From assembly GCF_009914755.1 (NCBI RefSeq), contig NC_060936.1: DNA of 64,000 nucleotides, one strand, 5' to 3'. How positions within the stretch are numbered: position 1 is the stretch's first letter; each line of letters opens with the position of its first letter. Positions 14,561 through 32,655 of this stretch are shown here, piece after piece. Under the pieces are notes generated by a model that saw only the letters and a list, made by a program, of their open reading frames with translations, was not told the origin of the DNA and did no database searches. The translations under genes were made by a program, and so were the position numbers. This DNA is from the human T2T-CHM13v2.0 reference genome, Homo sapiens.

Positions 14561-16027
14561 CAGCCTGCCTATCCATCCATCAAAACGACTCTGGTCACAT
14601 TTCCCCCTTAACTGTCTCAAGGCTCCAGATTCTTTTGCAAGCTTCTCTAAATACACACGCCCCATCTCCCAAACCTAAACACAGGATGCAACAGCTGCTC
14701 CCGATGGTACACAGAGGAATACGGAATGCTCTCAGGAGGCTCCACTTCCCTTACCGAAAGGATCAAGACCCCGTTTTACAAGGTTATTGTGAGAACTGAG
14801 TAAGGTAAGCAAAATAAAAGCATGTTGTAAACTCTCAAGTGCTCAGATGGAGGAATTAAAGATTGTTTTATGTGATGTAAATCTCCCCCAACCATTACAT
14901 ACTTCAATGCCTCCCAGCCTCCTCGGAAGTGAGGCTGTTCACCCCATCCAAGCCCCATAACCCCCTGCAGTCATCCTTACGGGCATGTATATCTATATCA
15001 ACATCCCTATCATACAAATACAGGATGTGCACTCTCTCTGATGGCTGGGACCCTACACACAGAGTATTCCATTAAAATGAATGAATTCTATTTGACTGCT
15101 AATAAGTCATTTACAAACACAGCAAAAAATATAATCATTTACACAGCTGTGTGATAAAAGCCACTAGTTAGTTGGTAGCAGTTAGAATAAGACTCAGACA
15201 GCCAACACTCTGAGAGGGAGGAGGACAAACTAAATGCAATACAGCTTTGGCTTCTGCAGTATCTGAGGAATGGACTCACTGCCCCCTCTCCATGCCCCAT
15301 CCACCCACCCACGCACACCACCACATGAACCCTGGAGTCAGGCTGCCCACTGCTGAGAGGCCAGAATCCCACAGTAACCACTGTTTCCAAAGCTCAGAGA
15401 CGGCTATACCCAGCGGCTGAAGAAAGCCATGCACAAAGTCAGAAAAGTTCATGCAAGTGGTATAAAGCATCCTTCTAGGGAAGCATGATTGTCAGTATGG
15501 GTTCCCTTAAGACAGACACCCACCAAACTTTTCTTATGGCAGGCAGGCTTTCTTTATCAGTTAACATCCTGCTTACTGACTGCACATTCTTGAAATAGCT
15601 GTGGTTACAAATAAGCACCAGGGTCGTAGGAGCCCTAAGAATTCATTGAGGGTTCAGAGCCCAAATCCAGTGCTGCCCAGTAGCCACATGGTGCTGCCAG
15701 CATTATTAACAACTGGCCCACCAGCTGCCCAGATGGGAAGGTCAGGCAGGCAGGAAGGAGGAATGAGATGGGAAGGCTCCGTTCTCCAAAGGCCTTCGAT
15801 GGCAAGGGCGGAGGAATGACAGGGGTGATGGCTGGCCTCAAGGAAATTTGTCACATGTTACCAACAGCAGGTAGCTGATTCTGGATCCTGGGGGAGGCAG
15901 ACATACCTGGGAGCTAAAATAGGATGTTTCAACATTATGCCTCAGGCTGGCCCTGGGGAACACATGTGGGCTGAGCACAGCCAGAACAGGGTGGTGGACG
16001 CGCACATTCAATACAGGCCTCTCTTAC

Positions 16028-16092
16028 CGCATCTCCTTCCTTTCCTTTTTCCACTCCTGCAAAACCAGCTGTGACTCAGCATCTCTGTGAAC
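16028..16092 (-). CDS. NT5DC3: NT5DC3 exon 13 (65 nt): VHRDAESQLVLQEWKKERKEM(R)
   Basis: cctacag| acceptor, CG|gtaaga donor, phase 0-2. Confidence 0.94.
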
Positions 16093-16369
16093 CTGTAGGA
16101 CACAAGTCAATTATTACAACTGTTTTGATTTCAAATAAGCTTATTACGTAATGAGAATTTTTTAATGAGCAGTTTTTCTAGGAGAAATTTTATTCCCTTA
16201 CATCTCAGAGGCTGGCACCTGAATGAAATAATACATTTTTCAGACCTTCCAGTTGAAACCCTGCCTTCTTCATGAATAAAAAATTGTTTTAAATGTCCAA
16301 CATTAGAAATGTGGTTTAACAAATTAAGATGTATTATGAAGTTATTAACCTATCAGTAAAGATTACATA

Positions 16370-16545
16370 TAAACATAATGCATGTGTATCCATGTATGTA
16401 TAACACATGTATGTGATATATCCATTATGCACATGATACATCCATTACACATATATTATATACATGTGTACAAACTATAATGTACAAATACTTAGTACAT
16501 GCTACCTATTATACATATTATATACATGTGTACAAACGTTATAGT
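16370..16545. repeat. TA/CA-rich low-complexity repeat
   Basis: tattatatacatgtgtacaaac occurs twice within alternating purine-pyrimidine text. Confidence 0.75.
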
Positions 16546-17685
16546 TAAGTAGAAATGGCGTATATACCCACCAATTGCAAGCATGTCAAAGTATGTGCTT
16601 ACATTTGGAAATTAACATAAAAATTTGTTTTAATTTGTACAGGGGTAGTAGAATTATAAATAAACCTTTTAATTTAATATTATATTAAGTGTTTAATTTA
16701 AAAAAACAATTATTTTTTGCAAAAGGCAAGAAGGCAAATCACCTCAATGAGAAGGAAGAGCAGAGCATTTTCTGGTGGGCCAAAATATGGGCGAAAGGCA
16801 AAAAGAAAATGCCAATTGCCCATGATCTAACAAATGGAATCTCACAAGTCCCTCTCCAAGGTTCTTATGGCTAAACAGAAACACTGAGGCCAGAATCCAA
16901 GGTGCACATGATCGCAGGGAACAGGCCAGCTCCCTGCAATTCATGACCACAGGGGTAACCTTAGAACCTGGAGGAAAACACCAAGCGGGCAAACCATCTG
17001 CTTTTGACATGGGAGCCAAGAACCTTCTGTTTATCACATCTGCCCAGTTCAACAGCTTGACTCTGAACCCTGAGGCTGTTGAAGGGTCATGTAAAGGAGA
17101 AAGACCCCAGGAATCAGAGGCCAGGGACGCATGCCCAGAGGGGGACCCTGAGCTCTGCGCCTTCACTCGGCCACCCTTCGGGCCTTACCTCCCACGAAGC
17201 ACCCAGCAGCTGGCTGGGGCGCCCTGCTGGCTGCCCTGCCATGAACCTTTCCCACCATTTATCATCTCTCTCATAGGAACAGCCCTCTCGCCTGCATCCT
17301 TCCCATCAGCCATTAAACATGCTCAAGTCTCTCCCATTGAAAAAAGAAGATTTCTCCCGGTGCCCAACCCCTTTCTCCAGCTCTGTCCCCCTACAAGGCC
17401 AAACTCCATAAAACAAGAGCCTCTGGTTCTGAAATCCACTTTAAAATATTTCAAAGACAGTGTGTGTTCATTAGCTATCATTAATCTTTCAAGTGAAACC
17501 ATGCACTCTAGAGTGGGTACTTGACATTGGAAAAGACTAACCGAAGCCCCACAGAGAACTGATCCTACAGGCACTTCAGCCATCTCCATCTCCAGTGGTT
17601 GTTCATGGGCATAATCAGCTCTTTAGGGGCAAAACAGATTGGCTACATATCTTTGCCCTTGTTTGAGAAAGATATTACAATCTAG

Positions 17686-18318
<633 letters not shown>

Positions 18319-18467
18319 TGGTCTAAATGTGGCCTCTGACTGGTTGGTTACCTGAGAAGCGGCTACCAATGCCAGCACCACCACCATGAACCACAGCCAT
18401 TTTGGAATGCACTTCAAGGCTAACTAATGAAATTACAACCAAAATTTATATACTTCTATTTCATTCA

Positions 18468-18856
<389 letters not shown>

Positions 18857-21024
18857 CTAGAAACATCTACCACAGGCTCAGTGGAATAACTTATAACTTT
18901 CTAAGGGAACACTGAGGAAGAGGGTGACAGTGAGATAGGACACTGATTTGGATGTTTTTTTAGTTAGCAGCTATACACCTCTATATCCTAGTGAATCCAA
19001 CCTGACAGAACTCTGTACAAAGTGCCATAACCCAAGGCAATCAATATAGGTGCACAGAGGTTAAGGGTCTAGAGTCGGTCGGCCTGTGTGTAAACACCAG
19101 CATCACCCCTCACTAGAGCAAGTTATATCTCCTCTGCGCCTCAGGGTCTTCATCAGTAAAATGGCAGTGATGTTTCAGAACTACTTCAAAGAGTTTCTGT
19201 GAAGATGAAATGAACTTAAAGGTCTCAGTGTCCAGAACACGGTAAGTTCTTACGACATTTCTACATAGCCTGATTCTGCCAACCGAGAACTGTGATTCTA
19301 GAAAAGTCACCTATCTCGCTGTCTCAGTTTTCTCTCCTGCAAAATGGGGGCAGCTATGTAAACCTCAACTCCCTTTTCTTCCTTCCCTTACCCCACACCT
19401 CATATAATTAATTTTACAAACCACAGAAATATTTTCAGCACTTCCATTCTCTAAAACACACATTCCTTAGTAGTCAACTTTTTACACAGGTCAGAAAAAG
19501 GAAAACAAAATAAAACCAAAAAAAAAAAAAAACCTCTTTCCAAAGCTAAAATATACTGATACCATCTACGTGCAGTTGTGTTTGTACCTATGACCAGCTG
19601 CCAGGGTCACAGAGACTTCACTGAGGGTGAGTCAAGCCTTGCCTATACCCGAATCCTCTAAACAGGAAGGCACATTAGAGCAGTGCTCTGAAGCATGGAC
19701 TTGGGGACTTGGTTCAAGCCCTGCCCTGCCATTTTATGACCTCAGACATGAATGATACCTAACCTCTCAAAAACTGTTTCCTTATTCTAAAATGGGAAAA
19801 TTGTACCTACCTGCAAGGGACAGCTGTGACTATTAAATGAGCAAAGTGTATAGAGCCAGCACTCAGCACAGTGTCCAGCACATAAAAAGTAACTATTAGT
19901 AGTGTATGACATGCACAGACTCTAAACTACACTAACTCAGAATTGACACTGTATATTTTTAGTAAATCATCTCACAGACAAGCATAGCGAGGGAAACAGA
20001 ATAAATCCTCATCAGAGGATTCTCATCAGAGAAGAGCCAAGAACTAATGGAGCCCAGTGCATCCTGGAAACAAGGCCCAGGGGGACGTGCAGGGCCCCAT
20101 GCTCTGGAATGCATGCACCTGGAGCCAGAATCTGGCCTGCCACTCATGGCCCTGCCTGATCTCACTGCTCAGCCACCCCCAAGCAGAGTGCCAGCTGGGG
20201 CAGGCAAGGCAATTCCCTGCCCATTTCCAAAGCCAGAGGGCAGGCATGGGCAATAGGCTGTGGCCACAGGTTGCAGGTGTGTTAGCCAAGAGAGCAAGCA
20301 CCTGTGCCCAGATCCTAAAAATGTCAGCACCCATGCTGAGACGGCTGTAGCCCAGGCAAGCTGGAGCCAGGGAGAAAGCAAGGTGCCTCATGGAACTGGA
20401 AAGGAAAGGGGCACATGGAGAATTAAGGGGATACAGCTACAAAAGAGAGGCAGCTTCCATGGGCCAGGAAACGACTGATAAAACTGCCATTCCTCACTTA
20501 CCAGCCAAAACTGGCTGCCTAACTTAACTTAAGGAAGTAACTGCCAGGGAACTCCAGTAAGCCAGCAAACTGCAGGTATTATCCTCAGAATCAACTGAGG
20601 CTGGACCCAGGGATCTTGACTCTTGCTTTGAGACTCTTTCCAGTAAGCCATGGTGCCTAGACTGAAGTTTTCGTTCCACCGGCCCCTTTATTTCACAGAT
20701 GGGGAAACTGAGGCCCAGAATGGAGAAGTCCCACCGTAGCAGGTGCAGACAGAACCAGCACAGACTCAAGCACTGGCAGGGCTTCCTGAATCCCAGCATC
20801 CCACAGGAGAGCTCCTAGCAGGCTTCAGTGTGGAAGTGAGGACACTGGATCTTCACTGACAGAGGAATGTGAGCAAACACCTGCATTAACAAAGGCCCCA
20901 CAAACACTGTCTAGGCAAAAGAACCCCAATCGTTATTCTACAGTCTACTGAAAACAACTTAAGCCTCATATTTTATAACAATTAAGCAGAAAATACCTGA
21001 AGTAACTTTCTAACCTCAGGCTTA

Positions 21025-21246
<222 letters not shown>

Positions 21247-22368
21247 CTAAACTATGTCATTATTTTCCCAGACATGAGAGGCATTCATTTAATTACTTTT
21301 TGATGGTAATGGTTAGTTATTCACCAAGCTGAATTCAATGAATTACATTTAATTAAAACCTATTTGGCCCCAGCCTTTGATCATTTCATTCCAAGAAAGT
21401 TTCAGTTCTGGAAATAATTGCCGTGAGTCACAACCCCTGCAGAAACACTAGGTCTGGAATCATTAACCATGGTCTGTAAAAAAAAAAAAAAAATGAGGTC
21501 AGGGGCAGAAAGGGGCTTGACCTAAATGCTACCAAAGGTCTTCATTCAATTCATCCACAGACCTGTGTGCCAGGCCCTCTGGGTTATGGAGAACCATGGA
21601 ATCTCAGATTTGGAATGATCACATACAACATAAGCATGCATGATCACATTTTCCATTCCAAATGCTGTCACCCCATATTTGACAACAGGCCAGAATATCT
21701 AGTATCAGCTATGTCCTGGAAAATCTAAGACATATAGTCATCATACTAAATGTGCATTTTCTTATTTGGCAAATATTTATCAAGCACTACTATTTGCCAG
21801 GCCCTAAATACTGAGGATAAAACAATGCACAAAAAAACTGAGAAATCCCAGCCCTCGTGGAAAATACAGACAATAAATAAGTAAAATACACAATGGCAGG
21901 TGGGGATAAGTACAAGGGACAAAAATCAAGCAGAATAACAGGATAAGGAGAGGAAGCAAGGAGGTTTCCATTTTATACAGGGTAGTTAGGAAGACCAGGC
22001 TAATACAAGGACAAGGTGGGGGAAAGTATGAAAATATGTGGAAACAGAAAGATTCTGGCTGAAGAACAGCAAGTGCAAAGGCCCTGGGGCAGGAACATGC
22101 TGGAGGGTGGCATGTTAAGAAGCAACAAGTCAGGGAACCTAGAAGAGACAAAACAGGGGGCAGAGGCAGAGGATGTCTTCAGAGGTGGGCTGGGGAAGGG
22201 GAAATCCAGTGGGCAACCATAGGAACTCAGGCTTTTACTCAGAGAGAGAAAGAAAGGCTTTCAGGTTTTAAAAGAAGTGGTAGCTGATTTATAGTTTTAA
22301 AGGTTCAGTCTGGCTACTCAGCTAAAGCCAGAATCCTAAGTCCTATGCAAGAGTCTAAGAGGGCTTAG

Positions 22369-22716
<348 letters not shown>

Positions 22717-23050
22717 TGAAGCCTTTGAATATTTCTCTTCCTCCTAATAATACATGAAAACCTACAGCACATTCTTTTAAATATTCCCAACGGTGGCAAA
22801 CTTTCAAAGGTGGATTTTATGTTTTTTGATGCATCGATGAAAGGAAAAAGAACAATGGCATTTATTTCTTATTATTTAAATGGAAAGATTATTCTGATAA
22901 ACTCTGAGTGAACTGCTTATTTCCATCATTTCCAAAAAATATTTATCTTTTTCACAACTCTGATCCATCCTGTTCTATTAAAAAAAAAAAAAAGACATTA
23001 AAAAAATGCAGCCTACTTTTAGGTTTTATGAAAGCATAAAGATGACCTTA

Positions 23051-23254
<204 letters not shown>

Positions 23255-23879
23255 TCAGAGAAAACTATAGTTATTATTATTACAGATAGAGATCTGTCTA
23301 ACCCACAGTACAAAATATAAAACTTTTAAAAATTGTTGTTTTTATAACTTATTTTAAATATCTAAATATAAAGATAAAAGCACCTTCATGGGAAATCTTT
23401 CTTCTATGTCAAATGCACTGTTCAAGAAGGATTTATATTATATACACCTCACTGTAACTATCTTTCCACACTTAACATGCTGTGGCCATCTTCCCATGTC
23501 AATAGTCTACCATGTAATGATAGCAGCTGGGAAGTACCATGATTCCTTTCGCCAGTTCCCTGATGTTGGACAGTTGACATTATCTATTTTATAAGCAACT
23601 TCATGATAAAATTCTCATAGCCAAGTTGTATTAGCTATTATCTTCATAATTTTCTTAGGCTAACTTCCTAGAAGTAGAATGGCTTTATCAAAGCTAATTT
23701 TTCAAGGCCTAGAAAATACACTTATTGCCAAATCCATCAGATTGTTATATACCCACCAAGAATGTATTCATATTTTTAAAAAATGAACTTTAGTAACATA
23801 ATAATGGTCACCGATGCAATAATTCATTCAAATATTTGAAAGCCTCATATGACACCAAAATATATTAGAACTGTGCACA

Positions 23880-24170
23880 GGCTAGGTGTGATGGTTATGC
23901 CTGTAATCCCAGCACTTTGGGAGGCCAAGGTGGGAGGACTGCTTGAGCCCAAGAGTTCAAGACCAGCTTGGGCAAAATGGCAAGACCCTGTCTCTACAAA
24001 AAATAAAAATTAAAAATTAGCTGGGTGTGGTGGTGCATGCCTATGATCCCAGCCACCTGGGAGGCTGAGATGGAAGGATCACTTCAACTCAGGAGGTTGA
24101 GGCTATAGTGAATCATGTTCATGCCACTGCACTCCAGCCTGGACAACAGGGCAAGACCTTGTCTTAATAA
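23880..24170 (+). mobile_element. Alu (AluJ-like), intron 10
   Basis: Full Alu. Confidence 0.92.
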
Positions 24171-24509
24171 ATTTTTTTTTAAACTCACAAAATTGTGTAC
24201 AAAACATGTATTGTCAGAAAATAATTAGTAATTTGAGTGAATAATATGCCATGAGTAAGTGTTCCTTAAAGAGAAATTTCCAAGGTTTACTACTGGCATC
24301 TTATATGTTACACACTATGAAAGTCATGCCTTAAATTTTGTTTTTAAAAAAACATTCAATTTTGAGTTAGATACTAGCAATATATTGAAAATATATTGAC
24401 TTAAACCTAAGTTTACCACCAAGTTATAATCAATCAGTTCATGGGAATCACTCAGAACTGTGCCAGGCATACAGTAAGCCACAATGAACATCAGCTATTA
24501 GCATTATTA

Positions 24510-24692
<183 letters not shown>

Positions 24693-24861
24693 CTATGAAA
24701 TACCAGTTATTCACTATCACAGGAAGTAGCTCCCTGCAAAAACCTAAAAAAAACCCGAAACCAAAACTCCACCATCACATTCCCTGGCCTAATTCAATAC
24801 GTCCCAAATTGTGTGAAGCCCAGTATCCAAAGGTGTTCCACGAAAAAAAAGAATTCCAGGG

Positions 24862-25179
<318 letters not shown>

Positions 25180-25801
25180 TCATATAAATTTGGAAAACAC
25201 CATGCACTAAACATGTCCCTCTTAAAAAGCTATTGATGGCTCTGAAAAGCCCTGCTGTAATCAACTTTCTTTCACCCAGATTTCCCGGATTTATTTGACC
25301 AGGCAGAAAACCTGTTTATGAAGAAAAGTTTATGGAAATACTGCCTTAGTATATTTTTCTGGCTTTATACCTGAAATTAAGCCACTCTAGATAAAAAACA
25401 AATCAGAAGACCAGAAGCACTAGTTTATGGTGGAAATTGGGAAGTAAGGATAATGCCTCATGCCTCACCCTGGCAGTGTTAGCCCAAAGGACTCACAGTT
25501 TGTTTGCCTTAAGGTAAAAATAAGTGTCACCCTAAAAAAATAATTTTTTTACCTAATTGTAATACAGAAAAATACAATGAAAAAAAGGTACGCGACCCAG
25601 AATTCTAGACCCACCATGTACACTTAACATTTCAGTTCGTGTTTCAGTCTTTTTATGAAATTTATCTTTCTTTCATGACTATAAAATGAGGATCACTTTG
25701 TGTACACTAATTTATATCCTTTTTCTCTAATATTGCGAGCAATTTCCCAAGTGATTACATCTTCTTAAATACATCATGTTTTATAGTAATACAACATCAT
25801 C

Positions 25802-26711
<910 letters not shown>

Positions 26712-27087
26712 AAGTACATCATTTTTAATGACTGCATAATACCCCCTCACATGGCTATTCCAAATTTAACTAGGCATCTCCTACTGTAGGGCTGTTAGGT
26801 TGTTTCTGACCTCTCATTATTATGAATAACACAAGGATGAATACAGATGGAGAATTATTCAGCTCTTACCCTAGGCTTCAAGAACAAAGACAAAATAGAT
26901 GTTCGGGGGAGACGGCTGAGACACCCTGCCTGCGCCATCCAGGGAAACGAGTCCAGGACCCTGCCCCCTCACTTTTTATAAACATAACAAAGCAGAGGAG
27001 CTCTCTGGTGAAAAGAGAGACAGGGCCCTTCTCCTGACCACACCCCAGAATCCACTAAGAAAATGGTGAGGGCATCGTATCAGCTAC

Positions 27088-27903
27088 TGTAGGGCCCCCA
27101 ACCTCCCCCACTTCTTCCTCTAGGACAGGAGTGCCTTTGACCACTCTGACCCAGCTAGGTGCATGTTTTCCTCTGCATGCTTCAAAACTCCCAGACACCG
27201 AGAAAGGTTTTTATGATACTCCCCAAGACACTGGAAGAAACTAGCCCTGGCCTGGAGCCAAATTCCTTAAACCCTCAATAAACTCCACATCCTGACCCAC
27301 TCCTGGTGGACACACCTAGGTAGAACATCCCTTTCTCTCCTGTCTGCCAGAGCAGGGGTCCCCAAACCCTGGGCCACGGACCACAGACCAAAACCAGTCC
27401 AAGGTCTGTTAGGAACCGGGCCGCACAGCAGGAGGCGAGCATCCAGTGGGTGAGAGAGCATTACCGCCTGAGCTCCAACTCCTGGCAAATCAGTGGTGGC
27501 ATTAGATTCTCAAAGGAGCGGAACCCTATCGTGAGCTGCACAAGCAAGGGATCTAAGTTGTGTGCTCCTTATGAGAATCTAATGCCTGATGATCTCAGGT
27601 AGAACAGTTTCATCCTGACACCATCACCCTACCCCCATAAACCTGCTGGAAAAATTGTCGTCCATGAAACCGGCCCCTGGTGCCAAAAAGGTTGGGGACC
27701 CTGTGCCATAGGATGCACAGCAGCCCACTCTGTAAGTCGGTTCCTCTAATAAGCGCTTTGCACTGATCACCCCAGAGTTTAGTGCTTCTTTCTTTGGAAT
27801 CCCAACCAGCCCCATCATGGGACGGTTTGCGGCTCTCCCATGTAGGAACTCCCTTGCCACTGTCTTTGGGATGACTCCAGCCGCCAGTCAGTGGGACAAA
27901 ATA
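27088..27903 (+). mobile_element. ERVL-type LTR (MER54/73/74-like) interrupted by MER1B
   Basis: 3' part ggaatcccaaccagccccatc...ggaactccc...gactccagcc resembles this LTR group. Sequence is continuous across the MER1B TSD. Confidence 0.55.
27353..27703. mobile_element. MER1B hAT-Charlie MITE
   Basis: TIRs caggggtccccaa / ttggggaccctg. 8-bp TSD TGCCAGAG / TGCCATAG. Confidence 0.88.
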
Positions 27904-28885
27904 GTAACAAAGCAGCAAGCCACAGTTTATAGCTGTTTTTCATCACACTCATTTTCTTGAGTCCCACCAAGCATTTTTGAGTCCCTGCACATGGTTCTTG
28001 GTTTGCCTCTTCTTCCTGGAGTCACTGTGACACGTGGAAAACTGGGACAAGAGGAATTTAAAGCATTAACTGCAGGGCACCACACCCTGATGCTTCAAAT
28101 CACCTAACAGAGAGGAACAGACTACCTGCTTACCAGCTGCAGAATAAACATGGGGGTAAAAGTGTTTCAAAACTTGCCCATTATTATACAAATACAAGTA
28201 ATTTTTTTAGAACCCTAGTGCAGTGATTCTCAACACTGTGGGAATTTGTGGAGAACAGCTCTTGGTGAACAGGCCTGTCCCACAAGTTAAAAGATATTTT
28301 AGCGTTCCCTGATCCCTACCCACTAAATACTAACAGCACACTCTGTCCCTGTCACAACCTAAAACTTACCTGCTTCCCCATTCCCACGGCTACAGTGGCA
28401 GGAAGATATTAAGACGTAATAGAGATTTACTGCACGTGATGCAAAACCTGTGTTGCAGAGCAGCTCTGCAAAATCCAACTGCAATTTTAAACACACTAAT
28501 GAGAGCTCTATTTACAGAGCTACCCAACAGGCAGTTTTGTTGCTGCTGTTGTTTTCTGATGCTTCACAATGTGTCTGCATCTAAAGATCTAATTTACTAT
28601 GTGATAATAAGTTTGGCTTTCTCATCACTGCCAATCATTTTCTTCAAGCCTACCTCATGGGTCTGAAGTAGCTCAAGTTGAACTGAGAACCCTTTCAATG
28701 CATGCAAACTGTCTGTTACGTGCTCATGTCACTCTCCTCGTGATTACTTGCTAGAAGGGTTAAAATTCAAAAGCTATAATCTCACATGCTTATGATTTTG
28801 CAACTGGATTTTACCAAGACACACCATCTATATATTCACAGCAGCAAAGGAATAAAATCTAGTCCCCTAGAAAAATAAACACTCA

Positions 28886-29128
<243 letters not shown>

Positions 29129-29131
29129 TTA

Positions 29132-29254
<123 letters not shown>

Positions 29255-29659
29255 TCACACACAGATTCAGCATGATATTTGTCAATCTGCAAGTACTTTC
29301 TAAATGGGGGTTTGGGTCCAGCACTGTCCTAGGCACAGGAAAGGGAATAAAGGCCCTAAGGAAGAAGCTTTGTCCGGTGGAACATGGGTACATCTGGTGC
29401 ATCATTCACAAAGACCCTGCCTCCTCGGTCTAAGTGGAAACAACTAAGTGGCTATAGCTGCCAGTGCCTCTCCTTTTAAGTCAGAATTATGTCAAGTTCC
29501 AGGACAAAGAGGAGACGGCTAACATGCCAGGATGCCAGGTCCTTACAGAGCACTCATGCAGCCTCTGCTTAGCACCTGGAATGCAAAGTAAAATGCCGGC
29601 ATGGTTGCAAAAGAAACAGAAAGGCTGAAACTCTCTTCGTGATACTGCTGAGCACATAC

Positions 29660-29720
29660 CAATGTCTGCTTCAATTGCTCTGTACATTATTCCTTTGATG
29701 TGGACGTCTCGAATTGAATC
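29660..29720 (-). CDS. NT5DC3: NT5DC3 exon 7 (61 nt): DSIRDVHIKGIMYRAIEADI(E)
   Basis: ttttggcag| acceptor, G|gtatgt donor, phase 0-1. Confidence 0.95.
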
Positions 29721-29871
29721 CTGCCAAAAGATACATTTTTAATCAGCGAAAATACAACTGAGATAGCCTGAGTAACAGTACAAGTGAAATGGCAGTCATG
29801 GTAACTTCTGTCCCTAGAAAGTCTGACAATCCAGGCCCTACACAAAATCTAAATTCTGGTCCATTTTCTTC

Positions 29872-30211
29872 TTTTTTTTTTTTTTTTTTTTGAGACAGAG
29901 TCTTGTTATATCACCCAGGCTGAAGTGCAGTGGTCCCACCTCAGCTCAATGCAGCCTCTGCCTCCTGGGTTCAAGTGATTCTTCTGCCGCAGCCTCTGCC
30001 TCCTGGGTTCAAGTGATTCTTCTGCCTCAGCCTCCAGAGTAGTTGGGATTACAGGCGCCCGCCAGCACACCAGGCTAATTTTTGTGTTTTTAATAGAGAC
30101 AGGGTTTCACCATGTTGGCCAGGCTGGTCTCCAACTCCTGGCCTCAAGTAATCCACCTGCCTCAGCCGCCCAAAGTGCTGGGATTGCAGGCATGAGCCAC
30201 CACACCCAGCC
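29872..30211 (-). mobile_element. Alu with a 38-bp internal tandem duplication
   Basis: gcagcctctgcctcctgggttcaagtgattcttctgcc occurs twice. TSD aattctggtccatttt. Confidence 0.93.
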
Positions 30212-31374
30212 AATTCTGGTCCATTTTCATAGGCAGCCCCTTGTGAAAGCCAAAGTTTCCATGGTGATGGTGGCAATTTCCAATGCAATTTTCAAAAGAG
30301 TGCTTGGAAGAGGTAATTTCTGTGAATAATTCTGAATAAAGTCCCACATGATAGACAGTAATTTATATGCACTACTGTGAACAAATGATCCCTGGCCATC
30401 TGGACAAAGGGAGTTATTGCTCTTTTATCTTTGTGCCCTTTCTGTCCCTAGACCCCAACAGCAAATTCTATAACACAGAATGAGAGGCAGAGACAAATAG
30501 CTTACAGGTTCCTCCTTCTCTCTTTGGTACCACCAGCAGGGCAACGAACTGGCAATGAGATTGTAGCTCAGGCAGAGATGTGGTCCAGGGAGAGGAAGAG
30601 GAGGTGGTTAAACCCTTTGTGGGTTCAGGAGTATGGCAGCATGATAGCTGGCAGGTGTCAAAACAGGGTCCCACTGGCAGGTGACACTGCACAGGGCCTC
30701 TACGTGGTGACATTCCTAGAGGCCTATGGAAACTTTCTAGAGCCAGTAGCAGGAGACAGGGCTGCAGGCAAAATTGTGTCTAAGCCTTAGACTGTTGCTG
30801 GGAGATTTCTGTTAAGAGTGAGCACTTCTGGACTGCAATCTCAACCTCAATTACCTTTCAGCACAAGCCTGATTCAATTTCACACCAGCAGCAGAAGGCA
30901 GCAGTTAAATGCAAGTCAGACTGCCTGGCTTAAAATCAAGGCTCTGCTATTTACCAGCTGTGTGACCTTGGGCAAGCAACTCAACCTCACTGTGCCTCGA
31001 TGTCCTTATTTGTAAAATGGTAAGAATAGTGCCTACCTTGCATTATTATGAAGATTTAGTAAGTTAACATGCCTAAAGCACTCATAAGAACAGTGCCTAG
31101 GACCTACTAAGCTCTACACAAGTATTTGCTCTTGGTGGTAGCAACACTTGCAGTAAAAACTGAGCTTTCAAATCAACATCTCGCCTTATGAATGCACAAG
31201 GCTGCTACAAGTGATTCTTACAGATTTTTAAAGACAAAGTGTATACACAAAAAAGAGAACAGAAACTAAATACCTAAATTCAATTTGGATAATACCACAC
31301 TGATATTGAGAAACTATAATTTATCCTCTATCTTCCTAAAACCCAGGATTCACGCTGCCAAAACTTAAATTTAC

Positions 31375-31590
31375 TTATAAATATATAACAAAAATATTTT
31401 AATGTGTAAATATGTATCTTTAAAAAATATATTTAAATAAACACATATTTTTATAAATATGTTATAACTATGTAAATACATATAAAATAATATAAACTTT
31501 TTTAGTACTAAAAAGTTCATACAGCTTAAAGAACATACATAAATATATAAACATGTGACCATAAAATACATAAATTTATAAATACAAATG
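31375..31590. repeat. AT-rich low-complexity tract
   Basis: Very AT-rich, with many TATA/ATAAA runs. Confidence 0.8.
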
Positions 31591-31596
31591 ATTTGT

Positions 31597-31799
31597 ACGG
31601 TAAGTCCTTAACATCTTCAGTAGGTTCTTAGAAACTGCAACTCTATGTGAAACGACATAAAGCAAAATCAATTTTTTTCCTTGTCAAAACTAAAATGACA
31701 TCGAATAAATTGGCGTTATTCAAGGACCTGTTGCACACGGTTTCACTTAAAGTCACGGATGCCAAGATCCTATGGGCAACAGTAAGTGAGGACTTTGTA
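31597..31799. mobile_element. Tigger-family MITE (MER6-like)
   Basis: ta-cggtaagtcct...gtgaggactttg-ta imperfect TIRs with TA TSD. Confidence 0.6.
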
Positions 31800-31935
31800 T
31801 ATGCTCACGTAAACATTTACATTTGTCTACATCCCCCGTCCCCCAACTGGATTCTTGCATGACTTTTGCAGGACTTTAGAGAGCCACATGGAACCTTTGT
31901 AGGCAACGGAAAAAGGCATCCCTTCTGGGCAACTA

Positions 31936-32322
<387 letters not shown>

Positions 32323-32655
32323 TCATGGGTGAGTAGGTACAGGCTGGACTTCCATCCCCATCATCCCTTTGGCCAAGTGCACCGGCCCTGGCCTTGGCCT
32401 TCTGGTCAGAAAGGATCAAAAATTGAGATAACAGTGTCAGCACCATCTCGTTTTAACAAAACTTTTGACTGATTTCCAATTCTCCTGATGTAACAACATC
32501 TTTCTTATAATGTTCAAGGTTAAACCACATATAAGAGTTCCCAGCTAAGAGACTATTTAAAACACCTAACCTAGAAAGGAGGTTCAAGACTCTGTGACTC
32601 CCACTGAAAAGGCTGAAACAGACTCAGCACTGTAATCTCTCACTGTGGATACAAC

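Noticed and set aside
16943-17524. 193-aa plus-strand ORF
   Set aside because: No recognisable domain, antisense intronic location, and the latter part looks like decayed L2-type repeat. A chance ORF unless Ribo-seq shows otherwise.
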